A stretch of 64,000 nucleotides of DNA, taken from assembly GCA_963719515.1 (NCBI GenBank), contig CAVRCJ010000010.1:32001-96000 (forward strand), read 5' to 3'. Position 1 is the stretch's first letter; each line of letters opens with the position of its first letter. Under the pieces are notes generated by a model that had not been told where the DNA came from, did not search any database, and saw only the letters and a list, made by a program, of their open reading frames with translations. Of this stretch, positions 49,393-59,991 are shown piece by piece. Origin of the DNA: an uncultured cyanobacterium (GTDB taxonomy: Bacteria; Cyanobacteriota; Cyanobacteriia; CAKZMO01). A program made the translations under genes and the position numbers.

Positions 49393-50936
49393 AAATCAAA
49401 GTAAATATAAGGCAAACTCTCTGATGGCGCGAGCAGCCACGCCAGATAGATCAAAACGGGAGCCAGCGCGACCTTGAGGTACCAGTTAAACTGCAGCTTC
49501 AGCCCCTGACGAAACCCCTGCACGACCGCCATCACTCCGAGCACCGCCAGCAGCATGAGAATGACCTGAAAGCGGCTAGCCTGTAGCCCTTCTGCGTAGA
49601 TCTTGGGCGCGAACTGAATGTCGGCAGTCTGTCCGATGAGTCGACTCAGGGCTAGCTTATAGGTCTGAGGGTCAGGAAGTCGAAAGAAGATCCAGGCAAA
49701 GCAGACTGTAGACTGGGTAAGCCCCCAGCCCAGAAATAGTCCCAAAGGCTGGCCCCAAAACTGAGCCACAGCGGGCGATCGCCTGGCGAGCTGGTCCGTC
49801 AGCCGATGGACGGCAAGGGCGACCCCGTGAATTAGCCCCCAAATAATGAACCCCCAGCCTGGATTGTGCCAAATTCCGGCAATGACCATCACGATCACCA
49901 AGTTGAGGCAGGTGCGTAGAAGACCCCGCCGCGAGCCGCCCAGGGGAAAGTACAGGTAGTTTCGCAGCCAGTCGCCCAAGGTAATGTGCCACCGCCGCCA
50001 AAAGTCGGCAATGCTGGCGGAGAAGTACGGGGCGCGAAAGTTTTCGGGCAGATAGATGCCCAGCAAAATAGCGCTACCTCGAGCCACGTCGACATAGCCG
50101 CTGAAGTCGAGGTAGATCTGCAGGCCGTAGGCCACAGTGGCCAGCCAAATGTCCCCGCTGCCCGCCCGCTCTAGGTTGGCAAAACTGAGGTTGACTAAGG
50201 TGGCCAGGTGATCCGCCAGCAGCAGCTTTTTGACCGCTCCCACCGCGATCAGCCACAGCCCGTCAACCCCCTGCTCAAGCCGGAGGGGCAAGCGGTGCGC
50301 CAGCTGGCTTTCCATCGCGTGATAGCGGGTAATTGGCCCTGAGAGCAGCTTGGGAAAAAACAGCTTGTAGGTAACGAACTGTAGCAGATGGACGGCGGCG
50401 GGGGCTCCGCGATAGACATCTACCAGGTAGGCGATGCATTCAAACACAAAGTAGCTAAGGCCCAAAGGCGCAATTAGCTGGGCGATAGGGTTAGTGCTGG
50501 GCGGGGGTATGGGAAGAGTCGTCAGCGCCGGCTGGGCCACCGTCAGCAAAAAGGAAAGATACTTGAACCCCACTAGCGCTAGCACCAGCAGCCCGATACT
50601 CAACCCCAGCAGTCCCAGCCGTCGCCGGTTCCAGTCGGGTTCTGAGGGCTGCTCCTTTGAGTACGCTTTCTCTGAATACCCGGCTGCGGGATAACCGCTC
50701 GGCGCACCGAAGTCAGAGGGATAGGCCTGCCTACTGGCGGCCATGGCCTTACCGACCTCAAACGTAATCAGCGCTAGCGCCAGCAGCAGCGGCACGTACT
50801 GAAGCTGCAGCGACCCGTAAAAGACTACGCTAGCCAGCAGCAAAACCCCGAGCCGCAGCGATCGCGACTCCTGTAGCCAGTACAGCCCCAGCACGCTGAG
50901 CAGGAAAATGCCGTAGGTAATCGAGAGTAGCGTCAT
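49389..50936 (-). CDS. MBOAT family O-acyltransferase (AlgI-like)
   Basis: PLGLSY, FFPKLLSGPI, YLDFSGY, FWRRWHITL, GIWH, YIYFDF. Confidence 0.93.
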   Translation of the reverse strand: MTLLSITYGIFLLSVLGLYWLQESRSLRLGVLLLASVVFYGSLQLQYVPLLLALALITFEVGKAMAASRQAYPSDFGAPSGYPAAGYSEKAYSKEQPSEPDWNRRRLGLLGLSIGLLVLALVGFKYLSFLLTVAQPALTTLPIPPPSTNPIAQLIAPLGLSYFVFECIAYLVDVYRGAPAAVHLLQFVTYKLFFPKLLSGPITRYHAMESQLAHRLPLRLEQGVDGLWLIAVGAVKKLLLADHLATLVNLSFANLERAGSGDIWLATVAYGLQIYLDFSGYVDVARGSAILLGIYLPENFRAPYFSASIADFWRRWHITLGDWLRNYLYFPLGGSRRGLLRTCLNLVIVMVIAGIWHNPGWGFIIWGLIHGVALAVHRLTDQLARRSPAVAQFWGQPLGLFLGWGLTQSTVCFAWIFFRLPDPQTYKLALSRLIGQTADIQFAPKIYAEGLQASRFQVILMLLAVLGVMAVVQGFRQGLKLQFNWYLKVALAPVLIYLAWLLAPSESLPYIYFDF

Positions 50937-50984
50937 GGCGCGATCGCGTCGTAGGGTAAGGGGGGACCAACAGCACAGTTCACA

Positions 50985-51395
50985 ATGCTCAATTTAACAG
51001 TTCGAGCCCCCCTCGCCGTGGCGCTGGGCGCGATTGCCGGAGCGCTGTGTCGCTACTACATTAGCCGCTGGATTTCCCTCACTGGTTTTTTAGGCAGCGC
51101 CGATAGCGGCTTTCCCGCAGGCACTTTTGGGGTCAACATCAGCGGCTGTCTGCTGATGGGCCTAGCCGCTGCCCTAAGCGATCGCCTAGGCCTAGCGCCC
51201 GATCTAAAGCTACTGCTGACTACGGGGGCACTGGGAGCCTATACCACCTTCTCCACCTATAACCTGGAGACTGTTGCCCTACTGCAGCGGGGCCGTCTGT
51301 GGACCGCAGGGCTGTACTGGGCAGGCAGCGCTGCGGTCGGTCTGGCCGCGCTGTGGGCCGGGTTCAGTTTGGGGGGGGTAGGGTCCCGCAGCTAA
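50985..51395 (+). CDS. crcB: Fluoride channel Fluc/CrcB
   Basis: GAIAGALCRY, GTFGVNISG, TGALGAYTTFSTY. Confidence 0.93.
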   Translation: MLNLTVRAPLAVALGAIAGALCRYYISRWISLTGFLGSADSGFPAGTFGVNISGCLLMGLAAALSDRLGLAPDLKLLLTTGALGAYTTFSTYNLETVALLQRGRLWTAGLYWAGSAAVGLAALWAGFSLGGVGSRS

Positions 51396-51440
51396 CGCTT
51401 TCTCCCTTCAAACCCCAGCTAGCCTAGACCCTGAATTAGC

Positions 51441-51911
51441 TCAGAACCCAATCAGCTCAAAAAACTGATCGTCTAGCTCATACCCCAGAGTTTTCGTCAT
51501 TAGCTTAACGCTATTGCGTCCGGCCACGTCGTTCGCCTTTAGCCAATGAACGATGTGAAACACCTTGCTCATAACAAATAGCTCTAGCGCCTCAGGGTTG
51601 TACTGAATGCCTGACTTGCTAAACTGATGCGGCACTAACATGGCGGTGTACCGCCCTAATTCTCCCGACTGCCAGTCTAATAAATAGGGGAACCAGGGAT
51701 AGCGCGCGTCGAGGGCCACAAACCAAAGCCGAACCTCAGGAACTTCAGAGAGCTCGCGGGGGTCAGACGGCTCGCGGGGGTAGTCGACGTCAAACGCAAT
51801 GGGCGATCGCTGGGTTAGCGCTCCTGATGCTTGCCGAGACTCAATTACAGTCTGAGCTGGGGTTAAATCGAGCGTTTCGATATGGGACTGCAGCAGCGCA
51901 ACGGTAGACAT
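51441..51911 (-). CDS. CRR6-family NDH-1 assembly factor
   Basis: DPRELSEVPEVRLWF, LDARYPW, RYTAMLVPHQF, YNPEALELF. Confidence 0.88.
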   Translation of the reverse strand: MSTVALLQSHIETLDLTPAQTVIESRQASGALTQRSPIAFDVDYPREPSDPRELSEVPEVRLWFVALDARYPWFPYLLDWQSGELGRYTAMLVPHQFSKSGIQYNPEALELFVMSKVFHIVHWLKANDVAGRNSVKLMTKTLGYELDDQFFELIGF

Positions 51912-52054
51912 AAAGTGTTGAAGTATAGGGTTAGCAAATTAGCCTAAACTGGGTAAAACTCGGTCTGGTAGACAATCTTAAGACGTTTACGCTAAGGTTG
52001 GAATAGTCTGTCAACACGAAATCATATCGAGTTCGCCTTAGACGCAACACAACG

Positions 52055-52519
52055 ATGCAACAAGACGCCGCTGCTCCCAAGCCTATTCGCTCTCTAGAGG
52101 ATGCTTTTGCCCGTTGTCGAGACTTAGGAATGAGGCTTAGCAAGCAGCGCCGCTACATTTTGGAGCTGCTCTGGAGTCAGCGGGAGCACCTCTCTGCGCG
52201 GGAGATTTACGACCGTCTGACGCAGCAGGGAAAAGACATTGGCCACACGTCGGTTTACCAAAACCTAGAAGCGCTCTCAGGGCAGCAGGTGATTGAATGC
52301 GTAGACCGAGCAGATGGGCGGCTTTACGGGAGCGTCAGCGACTCCCACAGTCACGTCAACTGTCTTGACACCGCGCAGATTATGGACGTCTTTGTTCAGC
52401 TTCCTGAAGACATCATTCAGTCTATCGAGCGTCAGTGTGGCGTCAAAATTACCGACTATAGAATTGACTTCTTTGGCTACTCCCAGCAAGATGAAGCGGA
52501 GAGCGCCCCCGTCGACTAG
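52055..52519 (+). CDS. Fur family transcriptional regulator
   Basis: GMRLSKQR, HLSAREIY, IGHTSVYQNL, HSHVNC. Confidence 0.92.
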   Translation: MQQDAAAPKPIRSLEDAFARCRDLGMRLSKQRRYILELLWSQREHLSAREIYDRLTQQGKDIGHTSVYQNLEALSGQQVIECVDRADGRLYGSVSDSHSHVNCLDTAQIMDVFVQLPEDIIQSIERQCGVKITDYRIDFFGYSQQDEAESAPVD

Positions 52520-52786
52520 CCGCACCGCGTAAGCAACGGCTGTCCCATACCCCAGCTGATTGACGAGAGCCTTGGGCTCTGCCATCATACGCTCATGTCA
52601 ACCCTTGATGAGACTGAGGGCTGACCCTTTGGCTTTGAGACTGCCTTCAGCTTCCCATAGGGTTGCGGTGACCTGCCTCTCTGCGGTGCGCAGCCCACAT
52701 CGATACTTTTCTTTTGGGCAAGCTCTTTTGGGCAAGCTCGCTTAGTTCTCTCAGCCTGTACCTACCGCACTCCCAACAGCTGCACT

Positions 52787-54751
52787 ATGCGTGACGTCAG
52801 CCGCTCTACCCATCCGCAAAGTGAAGCGATCGCCAGTCTGCGCCAGGCGCTGGCCTATCACCAGCCAATTGCCCAAAGATCTGAGCGCAGCCGCCGGGAG
52901 CGGTGGCAGCTATTGAGCTGGGTCTGGTCTCCTTTACTGCTGCTGGGCCTGGCGCTGACGGGAGGAATTGGGATGGTGGCGCTCCAGTCCCTTTTAGAAC
53001 CTCCCCCCGTTCCCAACTGCCGGGCTCTCTCTCTCCTTGCCGCCTCCGCCAAGCGGCTGCACTGCGCCCAGCAGCTCGCCTCCACGGGAGACTCCACTCA
53101 CCTGATTGCCAGCATCAACACGGTGAAATCCTGGGACGCTACCCATTCCCTACACCGCGAAGCCCAGGCGCTGTTGACTGAGTGGTCGGCAGTACTGCTA
53201 GAGAATGCAGAGGATACGCTAGCTGTCGCTGGACTAGAGCAGGCCGTCCGGCTGGCCCGCTATATTCCGCCCACCAGTTCTGTCTATGGGACGGCTCAAG
53301 CCAAGATTGAGGACTGGCAGGGGCAGTGGACTGAGGGTGAGGAGATCTATCAAACGGCGATCGCAGCCCTAGAGCAGCAGCAGTGGAAGCAGGCCTCACA
53401 GCAGGTGGTTGCCTTGGGCGATTTGACCTCGCCTTATTGGCATAACCGCGGCAGCATGCTCAGCTTGCGCATCGTCGCCGAGCAGCAGGGACGTCAGATT
53501 TTGAAAGAGGCGGAGGAGATGGCGGCTCAGTCTCCGGCACAGACTCCCGATCAGATCGCCGCCGCGCTGACGCATCTGCAGACTATTCCCCCGCAAACCC
53601 TAGCGCAGCAGGAGGCTGCCTCGCTGCTGCAAACCTGGAGTCCCCAAGTAATCGACGCTGCCGTAGCTGAACAGGCTGCAGGCCGCCTTGAACGCGCAGT
53701 GGCCTTGGCCCAGACGCTGCCCCCCGCAGCAGTCCAGACGGATCTCCCTGACCCGGTTAGGGATCTCATCCGCTACAGTCAGGCGCAGCGCTTTGCCCAA
53801 AAAGCCGATGCTCAGCCAGAGCAGTGGTGGCTGTTGGCCGAGGCGATCGCTTCCGCCCAGGCAATTGCCCCGCAGCGTGAATTGGGTCAGCGGATTGCGC
53901 CTCAGCTCGCCCAGTGGCAAACCCGGCGGGACGCCATGACCCAGCTGCAGATGGCTCAGGCCATCGCGGGCACGGGGCAGCGCTGGCTGCTGCAGGCTGG
54001 CCTGGCCCAAGCGGAAGCCGTCAGCGACGCTGGCGGTGCTGACGACCTGCTGCGATCGCGGGCTAACGAGCTGACGGCGGCCTGGCGTCAATCCGTCGCT
54101 CAAATTGACGGTCGTCCCTACTTTGCACTGGCTCAACAAACGGCGCAGCCGGGCAGTGAAGAGGCGCTCAGCGACGCCATCCGCATTGCTGAGCCTCTGG
54201 TGGCCTCGGGTCTGGAGTGGCCCCAGGTGCAGCAGGCGCTGGCCGACTGGCGATCGCGCATCCAGGTGATGGAAGATCAGCCCATCATCGCCCAAGCCCA
54301 AAAGCTGGCCGCCGATGACAAATTTCAGGAGGCGATCGCTCGGGCTCAGACAATTGCCGCAGGCCGGGCGCTCCATCCTCAGGCCCAGAGCTTAGTGGGT
54401 GAGTGGCAGGGCTCCCTGCGGGCGGTTGCAGATCGCGATCGCCTCAATGAAGCGACCGCCCTGGCAAACCGTCTGCGGCTGAGCCGGGCGATTGAAGTGG
54501 CCCGGGAAATCCTTCCGGCCAGCGGTGCGGTGTATAGCGAAGCCCAAACCGCCATCGCCCAGTGGCAGCAAGAGCGAAACGAGCTTTGGGCTGAGCGGCA
54601 GCGGGCTCAGGACGAGGCGAGCTGGGCGCAGCCTGCTAGACCTGCGGAACCCGCCCCTAGCCCTGAGCCGGTGGCAGCTCTGCCAGACCCTGAGGTTAGC
54701 GCTGATCCGGCTGAGTCCCCTTACTCTGGCTATTACGGGACTACTGAGTAG
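52787..54751 (+). CDS. Conserved cyanobacterial TM-anchored helical-repeat protein
   Basis: N-terminal TM, PPVPNC...RLHCAQ, repeated A..IP....Y..AQ..I..W units. Confidence 0.75.
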   Translation: MRDVSRSTHPQSEAIASLRQALAYHQPIAQRSERSRRERWQLLSWVWSPLLLLGLALTGGIGMVALQSLLEPPPVPNCRALSLLAASAKRLHCAQQLASTGDSTHLIASINTVKSWDATHSLHREAQALLTEWSAVLLENAEDTLAVAGLEQAVRLARYIPPTSSVYGTAQAKIEDWQGQWTEGEEIYQTAIAALEQQQWKQASQQVVALGDLTSPYWHNRGSMLSLRIVAEQQGRQILKEAEEMAAQSPAQTPDQIAAALTHLQTIPPQTLAQQEAASLLQTWSPQVIDAAVAEQAAGRLERAVALAQTLPPAAVQTDLPDPVRDLIRYSQAQRFAQKADAQPEQWWLLAEAIASAQAIAPQRELGQRIAPQLAQWQTRRDAMTQLQMAQAIAGTGQRWLLQAGLAQAEAVSDAGGADDLLRSRANELTAAWRQSVAQIDGRPYFALAQQTAQPGSEEALSDAIRIAEPLVASGLEWPQVQQALADWRSRIQVMEDQPIIAQAQKLAADDKFQEAIARAQTIAAGRALHPQAQSLVGEWQGSLRAVADRDRLNEATALANRLRLSRAIEVAREILPASGAVYSEAQTAIAQWQQERNELWAERQRAQDEASWAQPARPAEPAPSPEPVAALPDPEVSADPAESPYSGYYGTTE

Positions 54752-54825
54752 TGCTACCCTAAAGCCACTGGCTCAACAGCCATGGCCCAACGCCCACCTG
54801 CCGCCTCACGAGTTTGTTCTGCGCC

Positions 54826-56610
54826 ATGACAACGCTGCCCTCCGACGCGCCGCTTTTAGTCACCGTCATCGACGACGATGCCATCTTTCGTGCGGGGCTG
54901 TGTAGCTGGCTCGAGTCTCAGGGCGTAGAGGTCCTCGCTGGGGGCCGCGTCTCAGCGGTCGGGCTCGCGGGTCGGCCCGCATCCGCGCCGTCCGGGCGAC
55001 CCCAGGTTATTCTTTATGGCTTCAACCGGGGAGCAGCAGCGGTTGCGCCTGCGCTGCGGTCTTTACGGGCGATCGCGGAGACGCCCCTATTAGGGCTGGG
55101 GCCAGCCGAAACGGCCGTGGCGCTCAGAGCGCAGCAGGCTGGGGCTCGCGGCTACTGGGTCAAGGGGCGCGACCCCGAAACCCTGCTGGCGGCAGTGCGC
55201 CGGGTGGCGTCAGGGGAGGAAGCCTGGTCTATTCCCTACTGGGCCTCAGCGCCGGCTGCCGGGTCCGGGCCGATTGACCGCTGGCGAAGCCGCCTCTATG
55301 CCTCGGGTCTCAGCCAAATCGAGGCGGCGATCGCCGACCTTGATGCCCAGCTAGCCGCGCAGATGCCGCCGCTAGACCGGGCCGTGACGGCAGGGCACCA
55401 CCGCGAGCTGCGGGCGGCCCGCGGTCTGGTGACCTGGCTGCTGGCACCCCGCGTTGGGGCTAGTGAGTTTGGGACGATGCCGGCGGGCGATGGTGGGCCG
55501 ACGGGCGACAGCTGGTCTACTAGCGCCGACGCTGCGCCGACCCCGCCCTCATCCTCCAGCTTGACTGAAGCCTCAGCGCCCCAGCTTCGCCTCAGAGAGC
55601 AGACCGCCGACGGAGCGATTACGCTGGGGGGCATGCAGGCAACGCTGTTTGAAAGCCTTGAAACCAAGCTGCAGTCCCCGCTGCGTAACCAGACCCCTCG
55701 CCCCCTCGAGCTCGATATCTTGCGTGAGGATCGTCGCCGCGAGCTGCTCTATCAAGTGCTGCGATCGCTAAAGCTGTTGCTGAATGAGCTCCGACAGAGC
55801 AGCATCCAGCCGGCTCAGCTTATAGATCAGCGATCGCGGCTGCTGCGAGACCTGTGGCAGAACGTCACCGTCGAGTTTTTTGGTAAGTACTACGCCGTGT
55901 CTATTGAGGGCGTGGAGCTAGAGGTGGTGCCCTTACTGCTGCGGGAGGCCGACCGCGTCCTGCCCATCTTAGAGGAGATACCGGGCGTCGTCGATCTGCT
56001 GGCGCACCTGCTATTTCAAAATCCCCTGCTGGTGGACAGCGTTCCTCACGCAGTGGGCACGGCAGCGGCAATGGCGCGGGCTGAGCAGCTGCTCGACAAT
56101 CTAATGGTGCGAGTGGCCAACGCGGTGGTGCAGCCCATGCTCAATCAGCTCGCCGACGTGGAAGTCATCAAGCAAAATTTCTATACCCGTCGCCTGCTGT
56201 CGAGCCGGGATATAGCCCAGTTTCGCAACGATCTATCGTGGCACTACCGGCTCGCTAATGCCCTGTACGAGCCGCTCGATATCTTCGAAAGCCAGATGCG
56301 GCTGTTTCGCCTTGGCCCTATTGGGGTTGAGGAGCAGCGAGTCTACTTACCCAGACGCAGTGAACTAGAGCAGCTGACGGGACTGCGCTTTGCGGTGACG
56401 CTGGTGCTGGAGCTGCGCGATGCCCTAGCCCCCCGATTTCAGGCGCTGGTGAGCTGGGTCGGTAAGCTGGTGGTTTACCTGTTGACTGAGGTGCTGGGGC
56501 GGGGCATCGGTCTTGTGGGCCGCGGGGTGCTGCGGGGAGTCGGCAGCGCTTGGCAAGATGCCCGGGTGAGCCGCGATGGCCCTAAGGGTCCGTCTGGTCA
56601 ACGCCGCTAG
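54826..56610 (+). CDS. Receiver-like domain plus DUF3685 (Ycf55-like)
   Basis: VIDDDAIFRAGL, GYWVKG; LELDILR, SSRDIAQFRNDLSW, GRGIGLVGRG. Confidence 0.85.
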   Translation: MTTLPSDAPLLVTVIDDDAIFRAGLCSWLESQGVEVLAGGRVSAVGLAGRPASAPSGRPQVILYGFNRGAAAVAPALRSLRAIAETPLLGLGPAETAVALRAQQAGARGYWVKGRDPETLLAAVRRVASGEEAWSIPYWASAPAAGSGPIDRWRSRLYASGLSQIEAAIADLDAQLAAQMPPLDRAVTAGHHRELRAARGLVTWLLAPRVGASEFGTMPAGDGGPTGDSWSTSADAAPTPPSSSSLTEASAPQLRLREQTADGAITLGGMQATLFESLETKLQSPLRNQTPRPLELDILREDRRRELLYQVLRSLKLLLNELRQSSIQPAQLIDQRSRLLRDLWQNVTVEFFGKYYAVSIEGVELEVVPLLLREADRVLPILEEIPGVVDLLAHLLFQNPLLVDSVPHAVGTAAAMARAEQLLDNLMVRVANAVVQPMLNQLADVEVIKQNFYTRRLLSSRDIAQFRNDLSWHYRLANALYEPLDIFESQMRLFRLGPIGVEEQRVYLPRRSELEQLTGLRFAVTLVLELRDALAPRFQALVSWVGKLVVYLLTEVLGRGIGLVGRGVLRGVGSAWQDARVSRDGPKGPSGQRR

Positions 56611-57407
56611 CTCAGCGCATCTAGAGCAGCTTGAGCGGAGGACGGACGGCCCTTTGGGTCACTATTGCTCATGCCCCGGAGCCAGGCCGTGAACTGAGGC
56701 GAAAGGAGTAGGGCCCTGTCGTCAGCTCCTGAGGCTCCGGCGGGATCATACAGGCCCTGTCCCGTAATCAGGGTCGTGATCGTCACGCCCAGGCTATAGA
56801 GATCAGAGACCTTAAGCGCGCGACCGCCAAGCTGCTCGGGAGCCCGATAGCGATGGGCTCCCAACAGGGTCATGCCCGTGTTGTAGTCGGGGTTCGGCAA
56901 GATAGGTTTGACTGAGCCGAAATCAATCAGGTAGACTTGCGTTCGCTGTTTCGGCAGCGTTGCCAGCACGATATTGCTGGGCTTGATGTCCCGGTGTAGG
57001 ATAGGCGGCGACTGTTCGTGCAGATAGATCAAAACGTCGAGAATTCCGATCGCAATTTGCTTCGCCTCTTTCTCTGAAAAGGTGCGGCCTTGCCGAAGAT
57101 AGCGGTCTGTTGAGGTGCCTCCGATGTAGCTCTCTATCAGCACGAGCGCTTTTTTCTCACGGGGGAGCTCGATGTCGAAGCAGCCCAGATACTTGGGAAT
57201 CGAGGAATGGTCGAGCTGCTTCAGCGTGTCGATCTCGCGCTGAAAGAGGCGCAGACAGTCTGGATGGAGCTCCTCATCAATAGAAATAAGCTTGAGAATC
57301 ACCAAGCCATCCGTGGTTAGGTCTGTGGCCAGCAGCGTCCATCGACCGGCTTTGTAGCCGAGCTGTTTCTCGATGTGATAGCGATCGCCTAAGATTTGAC
57401 CCGCCAT
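56607..57407 (-). CDS. Stand-alone Ser/Thr kinase domain protein
   Basis: ILK, LFQRE, HRDIKPSN, DFG, APEQ, SDLYSLG. Confidence 0.9.
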   Translation of the reverse strand: MAGQILGDRYHIEKQLGYKAGRWTLLATDLTTDGLVILKLISIDEELHPDCLRLFQREIDTLKQLDHSSIPKYLGCFDIELPREKKALVLIESYIGGTSTDRYLRQGRTFSEKEAKQIAIGILDVLIYLHEQSPPILHRDIKPSNIVLATLPKQRTQVYLIDFGSVKPILPNPDYNTGMTLLGAHRYRAPEQLGGRALKVSDLYSLGVTITTLITGQGLYDPAGASGADDRALLLSPQFTAWLRGMSNSDPKGRPSSAQAALDALS

Positions 57408-57610
57408 ATTGTTTTATTTCGGTTCGTCTCACCCAAATCAGCAGTTCGACAGTCAGTGATGCGGTTTGTTACTGCCAACGATATCATCCGTCGATCTACG
57501 GTATCTTTAAAGCCGTTCTTGACTTTTGCTGAGCGGTTCCGCAGGTTCAATCCGGCGCTGAGGACCTCGGCGCGCTTAAGCTCAGCAAACCGTACCCTAC
57601 GTAATCTGTC

Positions 57611-58357
57611 ATGTCTTTAGCTCCCCCGGTCTCCATTCGGCAACAGCAGCACCCGCTGATTTGTGCATTAGCCAACGCCATCGAAGAGACATGGCATCGC
57701 TACCTAGATCTGTCTCCCTACGAGCTGCCCCATGACTTGGGATATATTGAGGGGCGGCTGGAGGGCGAGCGGCTGGTCATCGAAAATTCTTGCTATCAGA
57801 CGCCTCAGTTTCGCAAGCTCCACCTCGAATTGGCTAAGGTTGGTTCCAATCTAGACATTCTCCACTGCGTAATGTTTCCCCGCCTAGACTACCCTTTGCC
57901 GATGTTTGGTACCGATCTGGTGGGTAGCGCTCAGCACATCGGTGCCGCTATTGTTGATCTTTCACCCATTGAACAGGTGAAACAGGATTGGACGCTATCT
58001 GCCGACTACCAAGCAGCTTTGCGGGCCTTGCCCAACGCCGATTTTTCCCAGCCCCGGGAGCTTCCGAAGTGGGGCAACATTTTCTCCGAGTTTTGCCTGT
58101 TTGTTCGCCCGAGCGGCGAGGCTGAGCATCAGCAGTTCGTGGCGAGAGCCCAGGCGATGCTCGCCATTCACTGTCAGCAGGCCGCCGCCATGGCCCCCGC
58201 CTCCGAGCGCCGCGCTGAGATTGCGGCAGGGCAGCGGCACTACTGTCTGCAGCAGCAGAAAAACGATAAGACTCGCCGCGTTCTAGAGAACGCCTTTGAC
58301 ACCCAGTGGGCAGACCGGTATATGACGACGGTGCTGTTCGATTTACCCGAAGACTAA
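57611..58357 (+). CDS. pcyA: Phycocyanobilin:ferredoxin oxidoreductase
   Basis: FRKLHLELA, LDILHCVMFP, AAIVDLSP, QQKNDKTRRVLE. Confidence 0.96.
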   Translation: MSLAPPVSIRQQQHPLICALANAIEETWHRYLDLSPYELPHDLGYIEGRLEGERLVIENSCYQTPQFRKLHLELAKVGSNLDILHCVMFPRLDYPLPMFGTDLVGSAQHIGAAIVDLSPIEQVKQDWTLSADYQAALRALPNADFSQPRELPKWGNIFSEFCLFVRPSGEAEHQQFVARAQAMLAIHCQQAAAMAPASERRAEIAAGQRHYCLQQQKNDKTRRVLENAFDTQWADRYMTTVLFDLPED

Positions 58358-58408
58358 TGCCAATCCGCATCGTCCCGCGCTACCCTTCTTAGTAAGCTTT
58401 AATACGCT

Positions 58409-59315
58409 ATGACCACCACACCTTTCTCCTCCCGCCTTATTCAGGGGCTACTCAGCGTTCGGCCCCTGGCGGCGATCGCCAAGCATCAGGCCCGCCGCAT
58501 GATTATCAACCGCGCCGAATCGCTGGGTATCCCTTGGCGGCAAGAGGTGGAGCGGCTGCGATCGCAACAGCCCCAGTGGGAAGAAGACCTAGCCGAGATC
58601 CGCGACTCCGACGTGACTTACCCCGACTACTTCTGCCAGTCGTTCCACGCCTACGATGAGGGAAACTTGGGCTGGATGCCCGCTTTTGAGGTGGATGTAG
58701 CTGCGCAGGCGGTTCACGCGCGGCTGTGGCCGGAAGAAGGCCGTCGGGGAGACCTGCGTCTGCGGCAGGAGTACCACCAGGTGCTCCAGGCTCACCTGCC
58801 CCAGGCCCCTCGCGTCAGCGTTGACCTCGGCTGCAGCTGCGGGGCCAGCACTGCCGCCCTGCAGGAGGCGTTTCCCGAGTCCCAGGCCGTGGGTATAGAT
58901 CTTTCCCCCTACTTCCTCGTGATTGCCCGCCAAAACTTCCCCGACGCCCCCGCCCTGAGCTGGCGTCACGCCGCCGCTGAGGCGACCAGGCTAGAACCCG
59001 CCAGCGTCGACTCTGGTCTCCGCATTTTTGCTGTTTCACGAGCTGCCGCCGTCTGTGGCGATTGCGGTGCTGCAGGAGGCTAAACGAATCTTGCGTCCTG
59101 GTGGCCACTTTGCCCTCATGAGCATGAATCCGGCCTCCCCGGCCTACGCCAAGATGCCCCCCTACGTGCGCACCCTGATGCGGAGCACCGAACCCTTCAT
59201 AGATGAATACTTTGCCTTAGATTTAGAGGCGGCGATCGCTGAGGCGGGGTTTGAGCCCCCGACGATGGCGGAGACGAGTCCGCGTCACCGAGCGCTGATT
59301 GCTCAGATTCGTTGA
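58409..59315 (+). pseudogene. Class I SAM methyltransferase split by a +1 frameshift near 59012
   Basis: Frame 1 has YPDYF..FHAYDEG, DLGCSCG, IDLSPYFL; removing one base in GAC-T-CTG restores SVDLVSAFLLFHELP...LRPGG. Confidence 0.85.
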
Positions 59316-59409
59316 ACAGATTCGTTGAACTGCGCCCGCGCGAGTGAAATAAGCAACAGCCACCCCATTTAGCGGTTTGTTGTGACGCCGCGATGCTACA
59401 GCTGTGTCA

Positions 59410-59988
59410 TCAAACATCAATGTCGATGTTTTCGTAGAGAGAGGTAATCTCGATTTGAGCCTCAACGGCGCTCAGCGCAAATACGGCGTTCGGATCGTCG
59501 TATTCTGTTAGCAGCCATTGATTAGAAGAAGTTTTCACATAGTGCTCTACATGAGTACTGTACTGATCAATGAGTAGATATTCGTGAAAGCTATTGATAG
59601 TCCGGTAGGCAGAAAACTTTTCACCGTGGTCGTAATCTTGGGTTGATTTAGAAAGGACTTCAGCAATGAAGCAGGGATTAGTCACGGTGTCAGTACGCCC
59701 GGTTTGAAGCTGCAGAGGCTTTTCGATAGCCATGACGTCGGGGTAGGTGTAAAGATTGCGGTCGGGAATCCACAGCCGTTGATCGGCTCCAAAGATCCGG
59801 TAGGGTTTACCCCGCAGAGCAGATTTGAGCAGGGCTGCGAGATTGATGGCCAATTCGTTATGGTCAGGCGTGCCCCCGGTCATGGGCCGAATTTCTCCAT
59901 TCACGTATTCGTGGCGTTCCTTCGAGGCCACTTCAAGCTCAAGATATTCTTCGCGGGTGTAAGTCCGTTGCTCAAGCGCCTGCGTCAT
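59410..59988 (-). CDS. Uma2 family PD-(D/E)xK endonuclease
   Basis: EEYLELE, HEYVNG, YPDV, EVLSKSTQDYD.GEKF..Y, EYLLIDQ. Confidence 0.93.
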   Translation of the reverse strand: MTQALEQRTYTREEYLELEVASKERHEYVNGEIRPMTGGTPDHNELAINLAALLKSALRGKPYRIFGADQRLWIPDRNLYTYPDVMAIEKPLQLQTGRTDTVTNPCFIAEVLSKSTQDYDHGEKFSAYRTINSFHEYLLIDQYSTHVEHYVKTSSNQWLLTEYDDPNAVFALSAVEAQIEITSLYENIDIDV

Positions 59989-59991
59989 GGG

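Noticed and set aside
50937..50984. Fluoride riboswitch upstream of crcB
   Set aside because: The gap is only 48 bp and I see no recognisable aptamer.
52711..52738. 14-bp tandem duplication CTTTTGGGCAAGCT as a Fur box
   Set aside because: It does not resemble AT-rich Fur-family inverted repeats; likely a slippage duplication.
53600..54376. 258-aa antisense ORF and the many other shadow ORFs in the track
   Set aside because: They lie opposite or inside well-supported genes and have no motifs; this is expected at this GC content.
57528..57586. tRNA-like GGTTCAATCC within a GCTGAGC/GCTCAGC-bounded segment
   Set aside because: The T-stem does not pair and no cloverleaf can be built.
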